DNA of 64,000 bases from a virus (lineage: Duplodnaviria > Caudoviricetes): the IMG/VR virus record IMGVR_UViG_3300021387_001565, positions 64,001 to 128,000 of that record. The stretch is one strand, 5' to 3'. The notes beneath the pieces were generated by a model that did not search any database, was not told the origin of the DNA, and saw nothing but the letters and a program-made list of their open reading frames with translations. Made by a program: the position numbers and the translations under genes. This document shows, one piece after another, positions 29,674-39,170 of this stretch (position 1 is its first letter; every line of letters starts with the position of its first letter).

Positions 29674-31608
29674 TCAAGTTTCTTCGTAACTTGTAAAATC
29701 TATTCCTAAGTCATCTGCTGAGGGGAGTTCATCCCCGCCTGCATACTCTTCACCACCCTCTTCGGATGTCTCGGTTTCAACGTCAAAATCAGAATCACCT
29801 GCATCCAAATCGGACTTATCCATCATATCTGAACTAGAGTCATTGAACGAATGGCTCATAGAACCCCCACCGAAGTCAGACCCAAAACCTTCATCGTTGG
29901 TGTCCTCGCCACCGCCCTGTTGTTCGTCCTCGGTCATCTGTGCAATCTGCTCATCAAGAATATCAAAAATCTCTTGGTCTGACAGAATGGGTCGAAGCAG
30001 GATAGAAAGGATACGCAAACGCTCCTTCGGTTCGGGTATGTCTTGAAGCATGTTCATAATGTCGCTGACAAGCTGTACCTTTTGAGCAGTATTATCACGA
30101 CGGTCAATCTCTTCCTGTGTGGTAGGAGACTGCATCTTAATAACAAACTTATTGATATAGCTTTCAAGCCCCTTATCCAACAGCATAAGATTAATTCCGT
30201 CAGTCACGCCCTGTACGAGACAAGACTGAACACGCTTAACTGCCTTAGCATAACGGGATGAGATAATGGAGAGCGACTGTCCACCACTAAATCCTGCGGC
30301 ATCATCCACGATACCAAAATACTGTTTGGGAGCACGGAATGCACCGAACAATTTATCTTGATAATAATCTATATCAGTAATTCCCTTAACATCAATATCT
30401 CCGCCTATCTGCTGTGTCGAGATAGCACCAATACCCTGTCTAGTAGGAACATACACGTTATTCTCAACAGGTCCGGGGTTTGTATACTCTTCCATACTTG
30501 CCCCTGTGTTAAGTGCGGTCTTCTGCTCAACGAGATTTTTGATGCTCTGTAAATGCGGTCCGACATTTTCCTTGGGCATGTCGCCAACCTCAACGTTAAT
30601 CATTCTTACGATTGAGGATTTAGTCAGTCGGTTCAACAGCATCGAATTTTCAAGCAGGGTAAGTTCACGCCACAGCCTGTATACAGGGTAGAGCAGGGAC
30701 TGTCCACGCTTAACTGTATATGTGTACTTGGGGTCATCGTCTGACGGAGTGCTCGATATATTAACTGTCTCGGGGTATCTGCTCGTACTATCATCAAGCG
30801 AGATATGAACAAACTCCGTTGCCTCATACACATTAACATCCTTTCGGTTGAATGTGTATGAATTGTTTATGCCTGTATAATAGTAGTTATCAGATGTAGC
30901 AGTAGCCTCTCTTGATTGTGCTACGTCAGCACGGATATATCCCACGGTCTTACCGAACTTGGTCAACTCATACATTTCGGCGGGATTAGGAACGGCTTCC
31001 ATGTAGTGAGTATAGTGGTCGTTCTTATTGAACTTGTTCAATTTGATATCTTCTGTGAGGGCTTTGCGTCCTGCCACAATATCCTTAACCGCGTCTAATT
31101 TATCAATCTCAGCAGAGTTGAACAAATCATCCTGCATTTCAGACTGACGGTACAGACGCAAGTACACATCTCCATAGATTATAAGGGAACGTGCCCATTT
31201 ATAGACGAACTTATCAACATTTGATACATCGAGCAGATATGTAACAAACTTGGCAATATTAGGGTCAGTAGACTCACACCAAACAATACGCCCCTCTTCG
31301 TTTGCCTCTGTTGCGTCTTCCGCGTAAGTCTCAATAACAGCATTAACCGTAGAGTCCTCAGCCATGGCATCAAGCATGGTGTACAACATATCACGCCTAT
31401 CGGATATACGTGAAAAGTTGTTAATATCCGACATGTTGATTGTGCTACCATTTGTACCTGCTGAACTTGCAAGAATGTCGTTGAGCAATGTACTCTTGGT
31501 GTCAATGCCAATATTCGTCTCAGCTTTCGGAACAGCCTTTATCGGCTTATCATACGCGTCTTGACTGACTTCCTGCTCATTTGTTTTATCGTTAATATCT
31601 TCTCTCAT
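29674..31608 (-). CDS. Portal protein (T4 gp20-like)
   Basis: YGDVYL, GQSLL...WRELTLLENSMLLNRL, VEVGDMP, DIDYYQDKLFGAFRAPKQY; acidic tail. Confidence 0.92.
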   Translation of the reverse strand: MREDINDKTNEQEVSQDAYDKPIKAVPKAETNIGIDTKSTLLNDILASSAGTNGSTINMSDINNFSRISDRRDMLYTMLDAMAEDSTVNAVIETYAEDATEANEEGRIVWCESTDPNIAKFVTYLLDVSNVDKFVYKWARSLIIYGDVYLRLYRQSEMQDDLFNSAEIDKLDAVKDIVAGRKALTEDIKLNKFNKNDHYTHYMEAVPNPAEMYELTKFGKTVGYIRADVAQSREATATSDNYYYTGINNSYTFNRKDVNVYEATEFVHISLDDSTSRYPETVNISSTPSDDDPKYTYTVKRGQSLLYPVYRLWRELTLLENSMLLNRLTKSSIVRMINVEVGDMPKENVGPHLQSIKNLVEQKTALNTGASMEEYTNPGPVENNVYVPTRQGIGAISTQQIGGDIDVKGITDIDYYQDKLFGAFRAPKQYFGIVDDAAGFSGGQSLSIISSRYAKAVKRVQSCLVQGVTDGINLMLLDKGLESYINKFVIKMQSPTTQEEIDRRDNTAQKVQLVSDIMNMLQDIPEPKERLRILSILLRPILSDQEIFDILDEQIAQMTEDEQQGGGEDTNDEGFGSDFGGGSMSHSFNDSSSDMMDKSDLDAGDSDFDVETETSEEGGEEYAGGDELPSADDLGIDFTSYEET

Positions 31609-31619
31609 AAATTTAATCC

Positions 31620-32474
31620 TTATTTAACAAAGAAATCTGATATATCTCCAAGGTCACTGAGGTCAATATCATCTAAGTCTATGGCATCCATATCAGCATC
31701 GTCTTCATCGTCTTCCTGCACAAGTTCAATACGTTCGTGAGGAAACTGCATTCCGTTTACATTAAAAATGATATTATCATTATCTAAAGTAAAATCAATG
31801 GACGATTTTGCCTTCTCCAAATCCTCGTCAGACATGTACCGCTGTGCTCGGTCAAGGTCAAACTGAATCTGGTCAATGAGGTACTCTCGGCACTTACGCT
31901 CATCCGTAGGATACCTGTAGGATAGAGCATTGGTGATAGCCGTATCGATTTCATGCATCATGCGGTTACGGTACTTCTCATCTACTTGACGCTTGTGTAA
32001 ATCTTCATCCGCCCAACGGATAACAAGTACGGGGAACTTCTCATCATCCCAACCAAACATGTTCGCCGCCATAAGCATACGATGAAGACCTTCCTGTTGC
32101 CCCTCAGCATAGTTAATGTACGGCATGAACAGCTTAGTGTGGTACTTGGTCACGATATCGGAAAGCTCGTCTATTATCCGCTTGTCCCGTCCGCGTTGTT
32201 GTGTGAGGTCATCCATCGTGACGGCATGGTCAGAATGTTCCGTGAACACCTTTGCACATTCCTCAAAATATTGTCGAGGTGTCATATACTCGACTGTGCC
32301 TACCATATTCTCCTTCTCCAACATATAGTCTTTGTTGGTGAAAAGTTGGTCGTAAAAGGAAGTTCCTGTAGTGTCTGCAAAAATATCTGTACCCGAGGCT
32401 TTGCCCGTGCCCCAATCAACAATATCCCTGTCTTTGTCAAGATAGGCAAGTGCTTCAACAAGCCTAAACCTCAT
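31620..32474 (-). CDS. Hypothetical protein with ParB/Srx-like QEGLHR motif
   Basis: MPYINY...QEGLHRMLMA resembles the ParB-N DGxHR motif; N-terminus MRFRLVEA. Confidence 0.45.
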   Translation of the reverse strand: MRFRLVEALAYLDKDRDIVDWGTGKASGTDIFADTTGTSFYDQLFTNKDYMLEKENMVGTVEYMTPRQYFEECAKVFTEHSDHAVTMDDLTQQRGRDKRIIDELSDIVTKYHTKLFMPYINYAEGQQEGLHRMLMAANMFGWDDEKFPVLVIRWADEDLHKRQVDEKYRNRMMHEIDTAITNALSYRYPTDERKCREYLIDQIQFDLDRAQRYMSDEDLEKAKSSIDFTLDNDNIIFNVNGMQFPHERIELVQEDDEDDADMDAIDLDDIDLSDLGDISDFFVK

Positions 32475-32504
32475 AGTCTATCACCTCAATTAGTACATAC
32501 AATG

Positions 32505-34934
32505 TCAGAACACAATTATTCCTTGACTTATATAAGGGTTAAACCCATTAGTAGACATCGTTGCGCTCTTTGGTACAGCATTGGCGTGAGCGGCTTTAAG
32601 TTCCTCTTCAAAGTCCATGATTATCTGCTGTCTGATTGACTCTCCTGTCGGGTCGGTGTTCATCTTAACAGCTTCCTGCATATCTTCACCATAATCAAAT
32701 GCGAACTCAGCGGCATGAAGTGAAGCATTGTACAAAGCACCACACACCGCATCCGAAGAGTCCTTTGAGTTAATACCCGAAGGGCTGTGGTCAATCTTAC
32801 CATTGCTATCACGAACAAGACCGATAATCTCATCCGTGAGCAGTTTAGATGCATATGTCTCTATACGTTCTTCGTATATGGCGTTCTTAAAGGTGAGGTA
32901 CGGTATACATATCCTATCCTGCAACCTATCCACGGAAATCGTGGAACAGTTAAAATTATGCGCTGATAAGGTCTGTGCTAAATCCGCACTTTGGTAAGTA
33001 TCGTAGGACACTCCCCTTACATTAAATCCATTCTCACGAAGCCAATAGAGGAATTGTCGGTTCTTCTCAAAGGAAACTTGATGACCCTTCGGGGCTTTTA
33101 CCGACACGTGAAAGGCAAGACCGTAATATAGTTCCTTGGAATCGGGTACTCCCTCTTGATGTGGTTTCTTGCCCAAAATCCACACACCGCCAATACCTGT
33201 CTTATCACCACTTAGTGACATATCAAGATGCACGTATAGTGGTTTGTACTTCATGTTCGGGTCAACCCTGTCTAAGTCGAAAAAGTCTTTATACTGAACT
33301 AAATCGTCGGGAGCATTTCCAACTACGATAACCTCTTTGGTAAACGGATTTACTCTGCCCTCTTTGCGGCATCTTGCCCAACGGACACCATTGATATAGT
33401 TCATGCTGTTCGTGGTTGAGATACCTGCAATATCAGTCAGTGCAATATCAAGGTCATCAACGAACTGCTCATAATATCCCATAGGGACATCGAGAATCAT
33501 ATATCCCTTGTCTCGGTATATCTGAATCTCTTCTTCGCTTACGTCAAGCGGTAAAACCTCACTGTCAAGGAATTTGTTACCTACAGCAACCTTAAACTTC
33601 CTCGGGCTGTCCTTATCATTACGGATTACCCACTGAGGTTCATCTATGATTAAAGTCGTTTTGGACTCGTTCTGTTTCTTTTTATCTATATAAGTTTCAA
33701 GGAATGACTGCTCGGTACGTTTGGATGAAGCAAGGATATGAAGCGTAGGCAGGAACTCGCCCTTCATAAAACGTGACTGCATACGAGCATCAACCGAACT
33801 GATTAGGGCTTTTGCCTTTTCCTTCTGCTTCTCAATGTCTTGATTTAATTGGAAACTGACCTCATCGTCGAAATCACAGTTATGAGATACAACATAGCCA
33901 TCCTTACATCTGATAAAAAAATTATGTGCGGGAGCGGCTTCCACTACGTCATAAAATTGCTTTGGCTCTCCCAACTTGTTTATGGTTATCTTATGTATGT
34001 GCTGAGTACGTAAAGTCATTCCAAAATTACGTGCTACGAGAACATCCGATGAGGTAAGATGCTGTGCTTCCTTGTACCGCCCCGTAGTTAGCAAGAACCT
34101 GTGGTTAACCGTACACCTAATCTCTGTCCCATCTGTTAACTCAACCACGCACTCTGTGTCTGTCTTAACAGTAGGCACAACGGTGCAATCATCGCTCACA
34201 GCCAACTGACCCAAACTGCTCTCCGAGTACACTTTAATGGACTTTCCAACGAGCGACTTTATAGTAAACTCACCTTTTGTGGTAAGTATCTTCGTATCTC
34301 CGTCTAAACAAAATACAGCACGTCCGATTATATGTCTAGGCTGTGAACCGTATATTAACTCTATTCCGCCGTTTGGTTGCCAAACAGGTTCGTCTGCTTT
34401 GTTCAACGTACCATGTGACATAAACCACGGGCTGGACTGAACTAACTGTTGGCACTTATTCCATGCAACACCCTGTGCCGCATCTTTGGTGATATTGATG
34501 AAACTGAACGTGATTAAGTCAATAGGCTGTAACCCGTAATGCTTATATGGGTCTTTAAGACACAGCATACGATACATCATATACAGAAGGGCTATTACCG
34601 CAATAAAGGATTTACCAAGACCGATAGCACCCGTCAAGACCAATGTGTTATATGCAGTATCTACATTTGTAGGAAAGAGTTTGTGAAGCATTTCTTCCCA
34701 ATAAGGGAACACAGTAAACCTGCCCTCATCGTCTGTAAGACCATTTCCGAGGTAAATCGGGTTATGCAAGAAAGTCTCTATATCTACAGGTATTTCAGCA
34801 TAGTCATCATATATCAGTGTGTCATAAGACTGTGATTGACCGCAGGAAGCATACTCTGAAAGTATCTTTAGTACCTCAGAGCGTTCTTCCTCGGTCAATC
34901 CTTCTAACTCTTCATCAATTAGTAAATTCTGCAT
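32505..34934 (-). CDS. terL: Terminase large subunit, intein-containing
   Basis: Walker A GAIGLGKS, Walker B DFDDE directly after the intein, nuclease HLDMS..GD and KDSSDA; upstream of portal. Confidence 0.92.
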   Translation of the reverse strand: MQNLLIDEELEGLTEEERSEVLKILSEYASCGQSQSYDTLIYDDYAEIPVDIETFLHNPIYLGNGLTDDEGRFTVFPYWEEMLHKLFPTNVDTAYNTLVLTGAIGLGKSFIAVIALLYMMYRMLCLKDPYKHYGLQPIDLITFSFINITKDAAQGVAWNKCQQLVQSSPWFMSHGTLNKADEPVWQPNGGIELIYGSQPRHIIGRAVFCLDGDTKILTTKGEFTIKSLVGKSIKVYSESSLGQLAVSDDCTVVPTVKTDTECVVELTDGTEIRCTVNHRFLLTTGRYKEAQHLTSSDVLVARNFGMTLRTQHIHKITINKLGEPKQFYDVVEAAPAHNFFIRCKDGYVVSHNCDFDDEVSFQLNQDIEKQKEKAKALISSVDARMQSRFMKGEFLPTLHILASSKRTEQSFLETYIDKKKQNESKTTLIIDEPQWVIRNDKDSPRKFKVAVGNKFLDSEVLPLDVSEEEIQIYRDKGYMILDVPMGYYEQFVDDLDIALTDIAGISTTNSMNYINGVRWARCRKEGRVNPFTKEVIVVGNAPDDLVQYKDFFDLDRVDPNMKYKPLYVHLDMSLSGDKTGIGGVWILGKKPHQEGVPDSKELYYGLAFHVSVKAPKGHQVSFEKNRQFLYWLRENGFNVRGVSYDTYQSADLAQTLSAHNFNCSTISVDRLQDRICIPYLTFKNAIYEERIETYASKLLTDEIIGLVRDSNGKIDHSPSGINSKDSSDAVCGALYNASLHAAEFAFDYGEDMQEAVKMNTDPTGESIRQQIIMDFEEELKAAHANAVPKSATMSTNGFNPYISQGIIVF
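33879..34310 (-). mobile_element. Mini-intein (144 aa) in TerL
   Basis: CLDGDT...TVNHRF...FYDVVE..HNF...VVSHN/C; no endonuclease domain. Confidence 0.9.
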
Positions 34935-34969
34935 TTAACTTTTGTCCTCTTAATCAAAATCCCTCGTCA

Positions 34970-35320
34970 TCAAGAGCCTTTTTCTTCATCTCCATGTTTA
35001 TTGCCGAGTTTAAGGACATTAGCCTCACCCTTACCTGTAGTAACTAATTGTCCACCGTTTACTTTTTCTTCAATAAACTTATCAAGAGCCTCATCTACCG
35101 CTGTTTGTTCTGCTGTACGGTATTTATAAGCATCCTTGTGCTTATAATCTCCATACTTCTTAAAAGCCGTCTCAAAATCGGGATAGCCCTTTCTCTTATT
35201 ATTATCTATGATATTGAGAGTATTACGGTCAACGATAACATATCGTTCCTGCCCTCTCATCTCACCACGTTCACCATAACATCTTGTACTCTTAACAATT
35301 AAAACATTACGACACTGCAT
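34970..35320 (-). CDS. Hypothetical protein upstream of TerL
   Basis: 116-aa ORF; start uncertain. Confidence 0.45.
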   Translation of the reverse strand: MQCRNVLIVKSTRCYGERGEMRGQERYVIVDRNTLNIIDNNKRKGYPDFETAFKKYGDYKHKDAYKYRTAEQTAVDEALDKFIEEKVNGGQLVTTGKGEANVLKLGNKHGDEEKGS

Positions 35321-36080
35321 ATAAAAATCCTCTCAATTAGTCTAATCTTAAAACCTATGGTTACAATATGATTATACAATGAGCACATGTAAAAATGGGC
35401 ATAATTATGCTTAAAGGGATAAATTGATTGAGAAGTAAAGAGATTAAAGAATTACACCTATCGGTGTACTAAAATCTTACGAACTAAAATCCTGTTCGTA
35501 AGATTTTAGATTTTTAAGGCGTTACGCCTATAAGACAATATCTACAGAAGCAGGAATACTTAGGAACATTCTTGAAGACAGACTTTTCCCTGTAAATCAT
35601 CAAATTTCATGTGAAGTATTCACGAAATCTGATTACAGGAGAAAAGTCGGTGTCTGCCGTCTACAGTGAGCGAGGTTACCCTTGAGGTTACTTCCGTCAG
35701 ACTCTTCTTGACTTGATAGGCATTTCAGCATATCTAGTAATCTTGATACTCGTTCGTCCGTATCTTCAAGCGCATTCCTAACGATTACTATTCCCTTACC
35801 CGAACGACCATTCCCTACCGAATTTTATTTATTTGGATTGTGCGTAGTCCATATTCCAATGTCGAGCAAGTTGCATTTAGAAGAGTTAATGCAATGTCCG
35901 AGGATATTTACTATTTAGGCTTCCCACACCACGACCGAGGTTTTTTACTGAGCCTGTCTCACGTTGTCTAGTTGCTCACTCTAGTATTTAGTTGAAAAAA
36001 TGCGAATGGCGTAGCCCCCCATTTACCTACAGGTGAATGAGCTCTACGCCAATATATTCTTATCAATGTGCTTTAGTGCT

Positions 36081-36210
36081 GTGAACTACTCGGCAACAAG
36101 TTACCGAGCTTCTTGCTTCAACCACAACTGCTAGGCTAAAACCAAAGGTCTAGGCTAGTCTTACACAGTGTCCACAAGCGTATAGGTTCGGGCAGTTCCT
36201 GCCCTACTAT
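36081..36210 (-). ncRNA. Orphan IS605-type TnpB omega-RNA-like scaffold
   Basis: Minus strand AGTAGGGCAGGAACTGCCCGAA...ACGCTTGTGGA...TGAAGCAAGAAGCTCGGTAACTTGTTGCCGAGTAGTTCAC with no adjacent tnpB ORF. Confidence 0.65.
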
Positions 36211-36343
36211 AAGTATTTACTGAAGGATTTAGGCTACCTCTAGTAGTAACCGAGAATTCCCGCCCGAATCCTTAAATCAATTTTCATAATAAGGCATGTT
36301 ATACAATCTGTCAATAAGGATTTTGAAAATTTTTGAACTTTTT

Positions 36344-36380
36344 AAATCTGTTGATTTTCTTACTCAAGGTAGTTTATAAT
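36344..36380 (+). promoter_or_regulatory. Early sigmaA-type promoter
   Basis: AAATCTG-TTGATT-N18-TATAAT; the same motif recurs on the minus strand at about 52535-52568, 54977-55012, 62545-62572 and 63865-63902. Confidence 0.75.
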
Positions 36381-36427
36381 TATCTTGTAAGTTAAATCCA
36401 AGACAGACAAGCAAGGGGGTACGCAAC

Positions 36428-36679
36428 ATGGCATTACATCTTAACGATTGGGCACTGTTTTGTGAAGAGGGTTTTCGCTTAGTAGCCGAATACGAGGTGT
36501 TTGAAAAAGATAAGAGAAAACTCAATATCCGTTGCTACTCTAACGGTACGCAGTATCTTGTAAGACATTGGTTTACAGGCAGAATAGCGTGGGATGACAT
36601 CTACACAGATAAATTACTTGCCAACAAGAAAGTGTTCGACCTGCTCCACACATACAAGTACCACAAAAGACTTGCCTAA
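36428..36679 (+). CDS. Hypothetical early protein
   Basis: First gene after the early promoter; AGGGGG RBS. Confidence 0.6.
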   Translation: MALHLNDWALFCEEGFRLVAEYEVFEKDKRKLNIRCYSNGTQYLVRHWFTGRIAWDDIYTDKLLANKKVFDLLHTYKYHKRLA

Positions 36680-36699
36680 CACAGAAAGGAAAAACTCAT

Positions 36700-37019
36700 A
36701 TGAGCATAGCAGATAGTTACGAAATTAACGTAGCAAAAATAAACCGCACTACAGGAAGAGCCGAACATTACTGCAAAATACAGTTGTCTGAGACTCTTGA
36801 GCAGGAGGCAAAAAAGAAGTTCGAAGAGGTGAAGACACCATTGAGCAGGTTAGACAGTTCATTGATGAGGCTAATGCTCAAGCAGAATCAAAGGGCTATA
36901 AATCGGAACGGTTCTGTATCGTAAGAACTGAGTTCCATAGTTTCTTTGATATGGACGGCAACTTCCTCAGAAGAGAGATAACTACCAACAGAGTTGAGAT
37001 TTATCCTGCAACACTTTAA
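36700..37019 (+). other. Early gene with frame discontinuity (0 frame stops at 36924; -1 frame open to 37019)
   Basis: A AAA AAG at 36810-36816; the -1 frame ends at the RBS of the next gene. Confidence 0.45.
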
Positions 37020-37030
37020 GGGGGACAACA

Positions 37031-37309
37031 ATGGTTAAGGGAATCGTTAATGCTAGTGACGCTCATGCGCGTTCTTATGCGAACAGTAAATGCGGTCAAA
37101 TAGTGCTTACACTGCTTGGCACGGTAGAGGAAAAAATCGAAGAAGCCTGTAACGAGGGTAAATTTGGTTGTATGGTTAAATTTACCAAAAAGAAATTTCC
37201 CTACATCGATTCGACATACGTACAGGACAAACTCTGCGAAGAACTTAAAGAACTTGGGTATGACGTTTTGTATTCTCCTAAATACAGGAGTTTAAATATT
37301 TCGTGGTGA
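37031..37309 (+). CDS. Hypothetical early protein
   Basis: GGGGG RBS; C-terminal L.ELGY.V...ISW motif common in small phage proteins. Confidence 0.6.
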   Translation: MVKGIVNASDAHARSYANSKCGQIVLTLLGTVEEKIEEACNEGKFGCMVKFTKKKFPYIDSTYVQDKLCEELKELGYDVLYSPKYRSLNISW

Positions 37310-37310
37310 G

Positions 37311-37724
37311 GTGAACATGAGTAAACGATATACATATTTTCAGCCGAACAAAAAAGACATCAAAGACCAAGTAGGTGATTGTCAGATACGAGCATTCTGC
37401 AAGGTGCTTGACATCGATTGGCTTGCCGCATTCGATATGACCATACCGATTTGCAGAGAGTTGCAGACGTACACGATTTTCGACTGTGACCTAAAGAAGA
37501 CCAAAGCGGCAATGGAAACCCTCGGGTTTACCTATACAGGTATCTCCAACAAGAAGGGCAGTAAGCGCCCTACTGTAGACAGCTTTGCAAAAGACCATCC
37601 GACAGGACGCTACATTGTATCAGTTTCTCACCATGTGGTAGCCGTCGTGGACGGAAAATATTATGACACATGGGACAGTGGCGGAAAGTCGCTGTACGGG
37701 TATTACACAAAGAACGCTCAATAA
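37311..37724 (+). CDS. Conserved phage hypothetical protein (possible Cys-His-Asp peptidase-like fold)
   Basis: GDCQIRA...HVVAVVDG.YYDTWDSG motif. Confidence 0.6.
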   Translation: MNMSKRYTYFQPNKKDIKDQVGDCQIRAFCKVLDIDWLAAFDMTIPICRELQTYTIFDCDLKKTKAAMETLGFTYTGISNKKGSKRPTVDSFAKDHPTGRYIVSVSHHVVAVVDGKYYDTWDSGGKSLYGYYTKNAQ

Positions 37725-37726
37725 AG

Positions 37727-37753
37727 AAAACCCCCGCAAGAACGCGGGGGTTC
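37727..37753. terminator. Bidirectional terminator between convergent units
   Basis: aaaacccccgc-aagaac-gcgggggttc. Confidence 0.7.
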
Positions 37754-37763
37754 ATTTCGTATA

Positions 37764-38417
37764 TCAATTAATTCTGAATGCCATCCATCCACCATCGAGG
37801 TCAATCTGCTTACCGTCATAACGGGCAAGTTCATTAGCATATCCGTCTTGGTCAATCACTTCGTCAGCGATAGCTTCAATATCGAGGTTAGCGTAGTCAC
37901 GGGCGGCTTTGCCAAATTCCTCTTTTCCAAAGTTATCCTTAAACCACTCAAGCGGATTTCCTGCTTGGTCAACGAGATAATCAGCGTATTCTTCCTTAAG
38001 GTCTTTCTCGCCTGTATAGTCAAGACCATCATCTGTCTCGGTCAAATCTTCCTCGGAGATAATTCCTGCTTCTACACATTCCTCAACAAGTCGATTAGCG
38101 TAATTACCACTTCCGCTCTCACTCTCAATGTCGTAGGCATAACTTTCCTCACTCTCACGGAGTGCTTCATCAAACCACTCAGAGTTACCTGCGGCGTTAT
38201 CAAGAATCCACTCTTGAAACTCGGGAGTGAAAGCGTTAATACCTAAATCATCGATAAGGCTCTCGACATCTCTGATAACTTCCTCTCTTGCTTCGTCCTC
38301 GTTAACGACAAGATATTCCTCTCCATCATCAGTCTCAAATACCGTATCGTTGTAACCATCAATAAGGTCTTCCACATTAATGCCAAGATATTCTGCTAAT
38401 GCCTGTGCTCTATCCAT
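37764..38417 (-). CDS. Highly acidic protein, possible DNA mimic
   Basis: 217 aa, strongly D/E-rich; C-terminal NLDIEAIADE...DG reminiscent of the ArdA C-terminus. Confidence 0.45.
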   Translation of the reverse strand: MDRAQALAEYLGINVEDLIDGYNDTVFETDDGEEYLVVNEDEAREEVIRDVESLIDDLGINAFTPEFQEWILDNAAGNSEWFDEALRESEESYAYDIESESGSGNYANRLVEECVEAGIISEEDLTETDDGLDYTGEKDLKEEYADYLVDQAGNPLEWFKDNFGKEEFGKAARDYANLDIEAIADEVIDQDGYANELARYDGKQIDLDGGWMAFRIN

Positions 38418-38419
38418 TA

Positions 38420-38986
38420 TTAATTCCTCTCTTTAAGCTCACGTGCCATGTTTATAGTCGGTAATGTATCCAAACAAGTTTTCACCTTATCCTGTAATCC
38501 GTGGTTTCCACCACATCTCGTATAAGCTTCGGTTAATCGCTTGAACGCTTCCTTTTCATCGCTTGGAATACCATGCACGGAATACATGTAATACTTACAC
38601 TTACGGTTTATCGTATCGTACAGGTCTTCCATTGTAGCGTTTTCAAGTGCGCCAAATTTACCGTCGAGTTTATCAAGTTTCGTCTCAATCTTCGTGTCAC
38701 TCTCTTTTAACATATTAATCTGTTCTGTAAGTTCAGAAAGACTATCGGTTAACGTTTTTGTAGTTGTTGCAAGAGTAGTGACTGTGTTTTTAAATTCCGC
38801 TGACTCTCTTTTTCTTTTGTTCTCGATACCAAATCTAGTACAGAAAGCATCTACACCTTTGGTAACGAGGTTTACCCCTTCGATAATCGCAAACACCCAA
38901 ATTACAAAGGTGAAGAAATCTACTTCTGTTAAGATTGCTTTTAAAGTGCTCATAACTCTTGTGCTCCTTATAAAATTGTTAGACAA
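38420..38986 (-). CDS. Membrane-anchored coiled-coil protein (lysis module)
   Basis: One TM segment, coiled coil, Y..CGGNH motif; true start probably slightly downstream. Confidence 0.55.
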   Translation of the reverse strand: MSNNFIRSTRVMSTLKAILTEVDFFTFVIWVFAIIEGVNLVTKGVDAFCTRFGIENKRKRESAEFKNTVTTLATTTKTLTDSLSELTEQINMLKESDTKIETKLDKLDGKFGALENATMEDLYDTINRKCKYYMYSVHGIPSDEKEAFKRLTEAYTRCGGNHGLQDKVKTCLDTLPTINMARELKERN

Positions 38987-39170
38987 TCAACTATCAGTAA
39001 ATTTCTTTTAAATGCGCCCACAAGCCCCGTAGAGCCGTTTTATTATCGTAGGTGATAATTTTATCGGGCAAACAATTAAAATCCAAATACGCCCGTTCTG
39101 TGGCTTCGTAGAGGGTTGATACGCGAATATCAACCCTCTGTATCAAGCCTATAATGTTTTATACAATGTT

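Noticed and set aside
34970-35320. Small terminase assignment
   Set aside because: Position fits but no recognisable motif.
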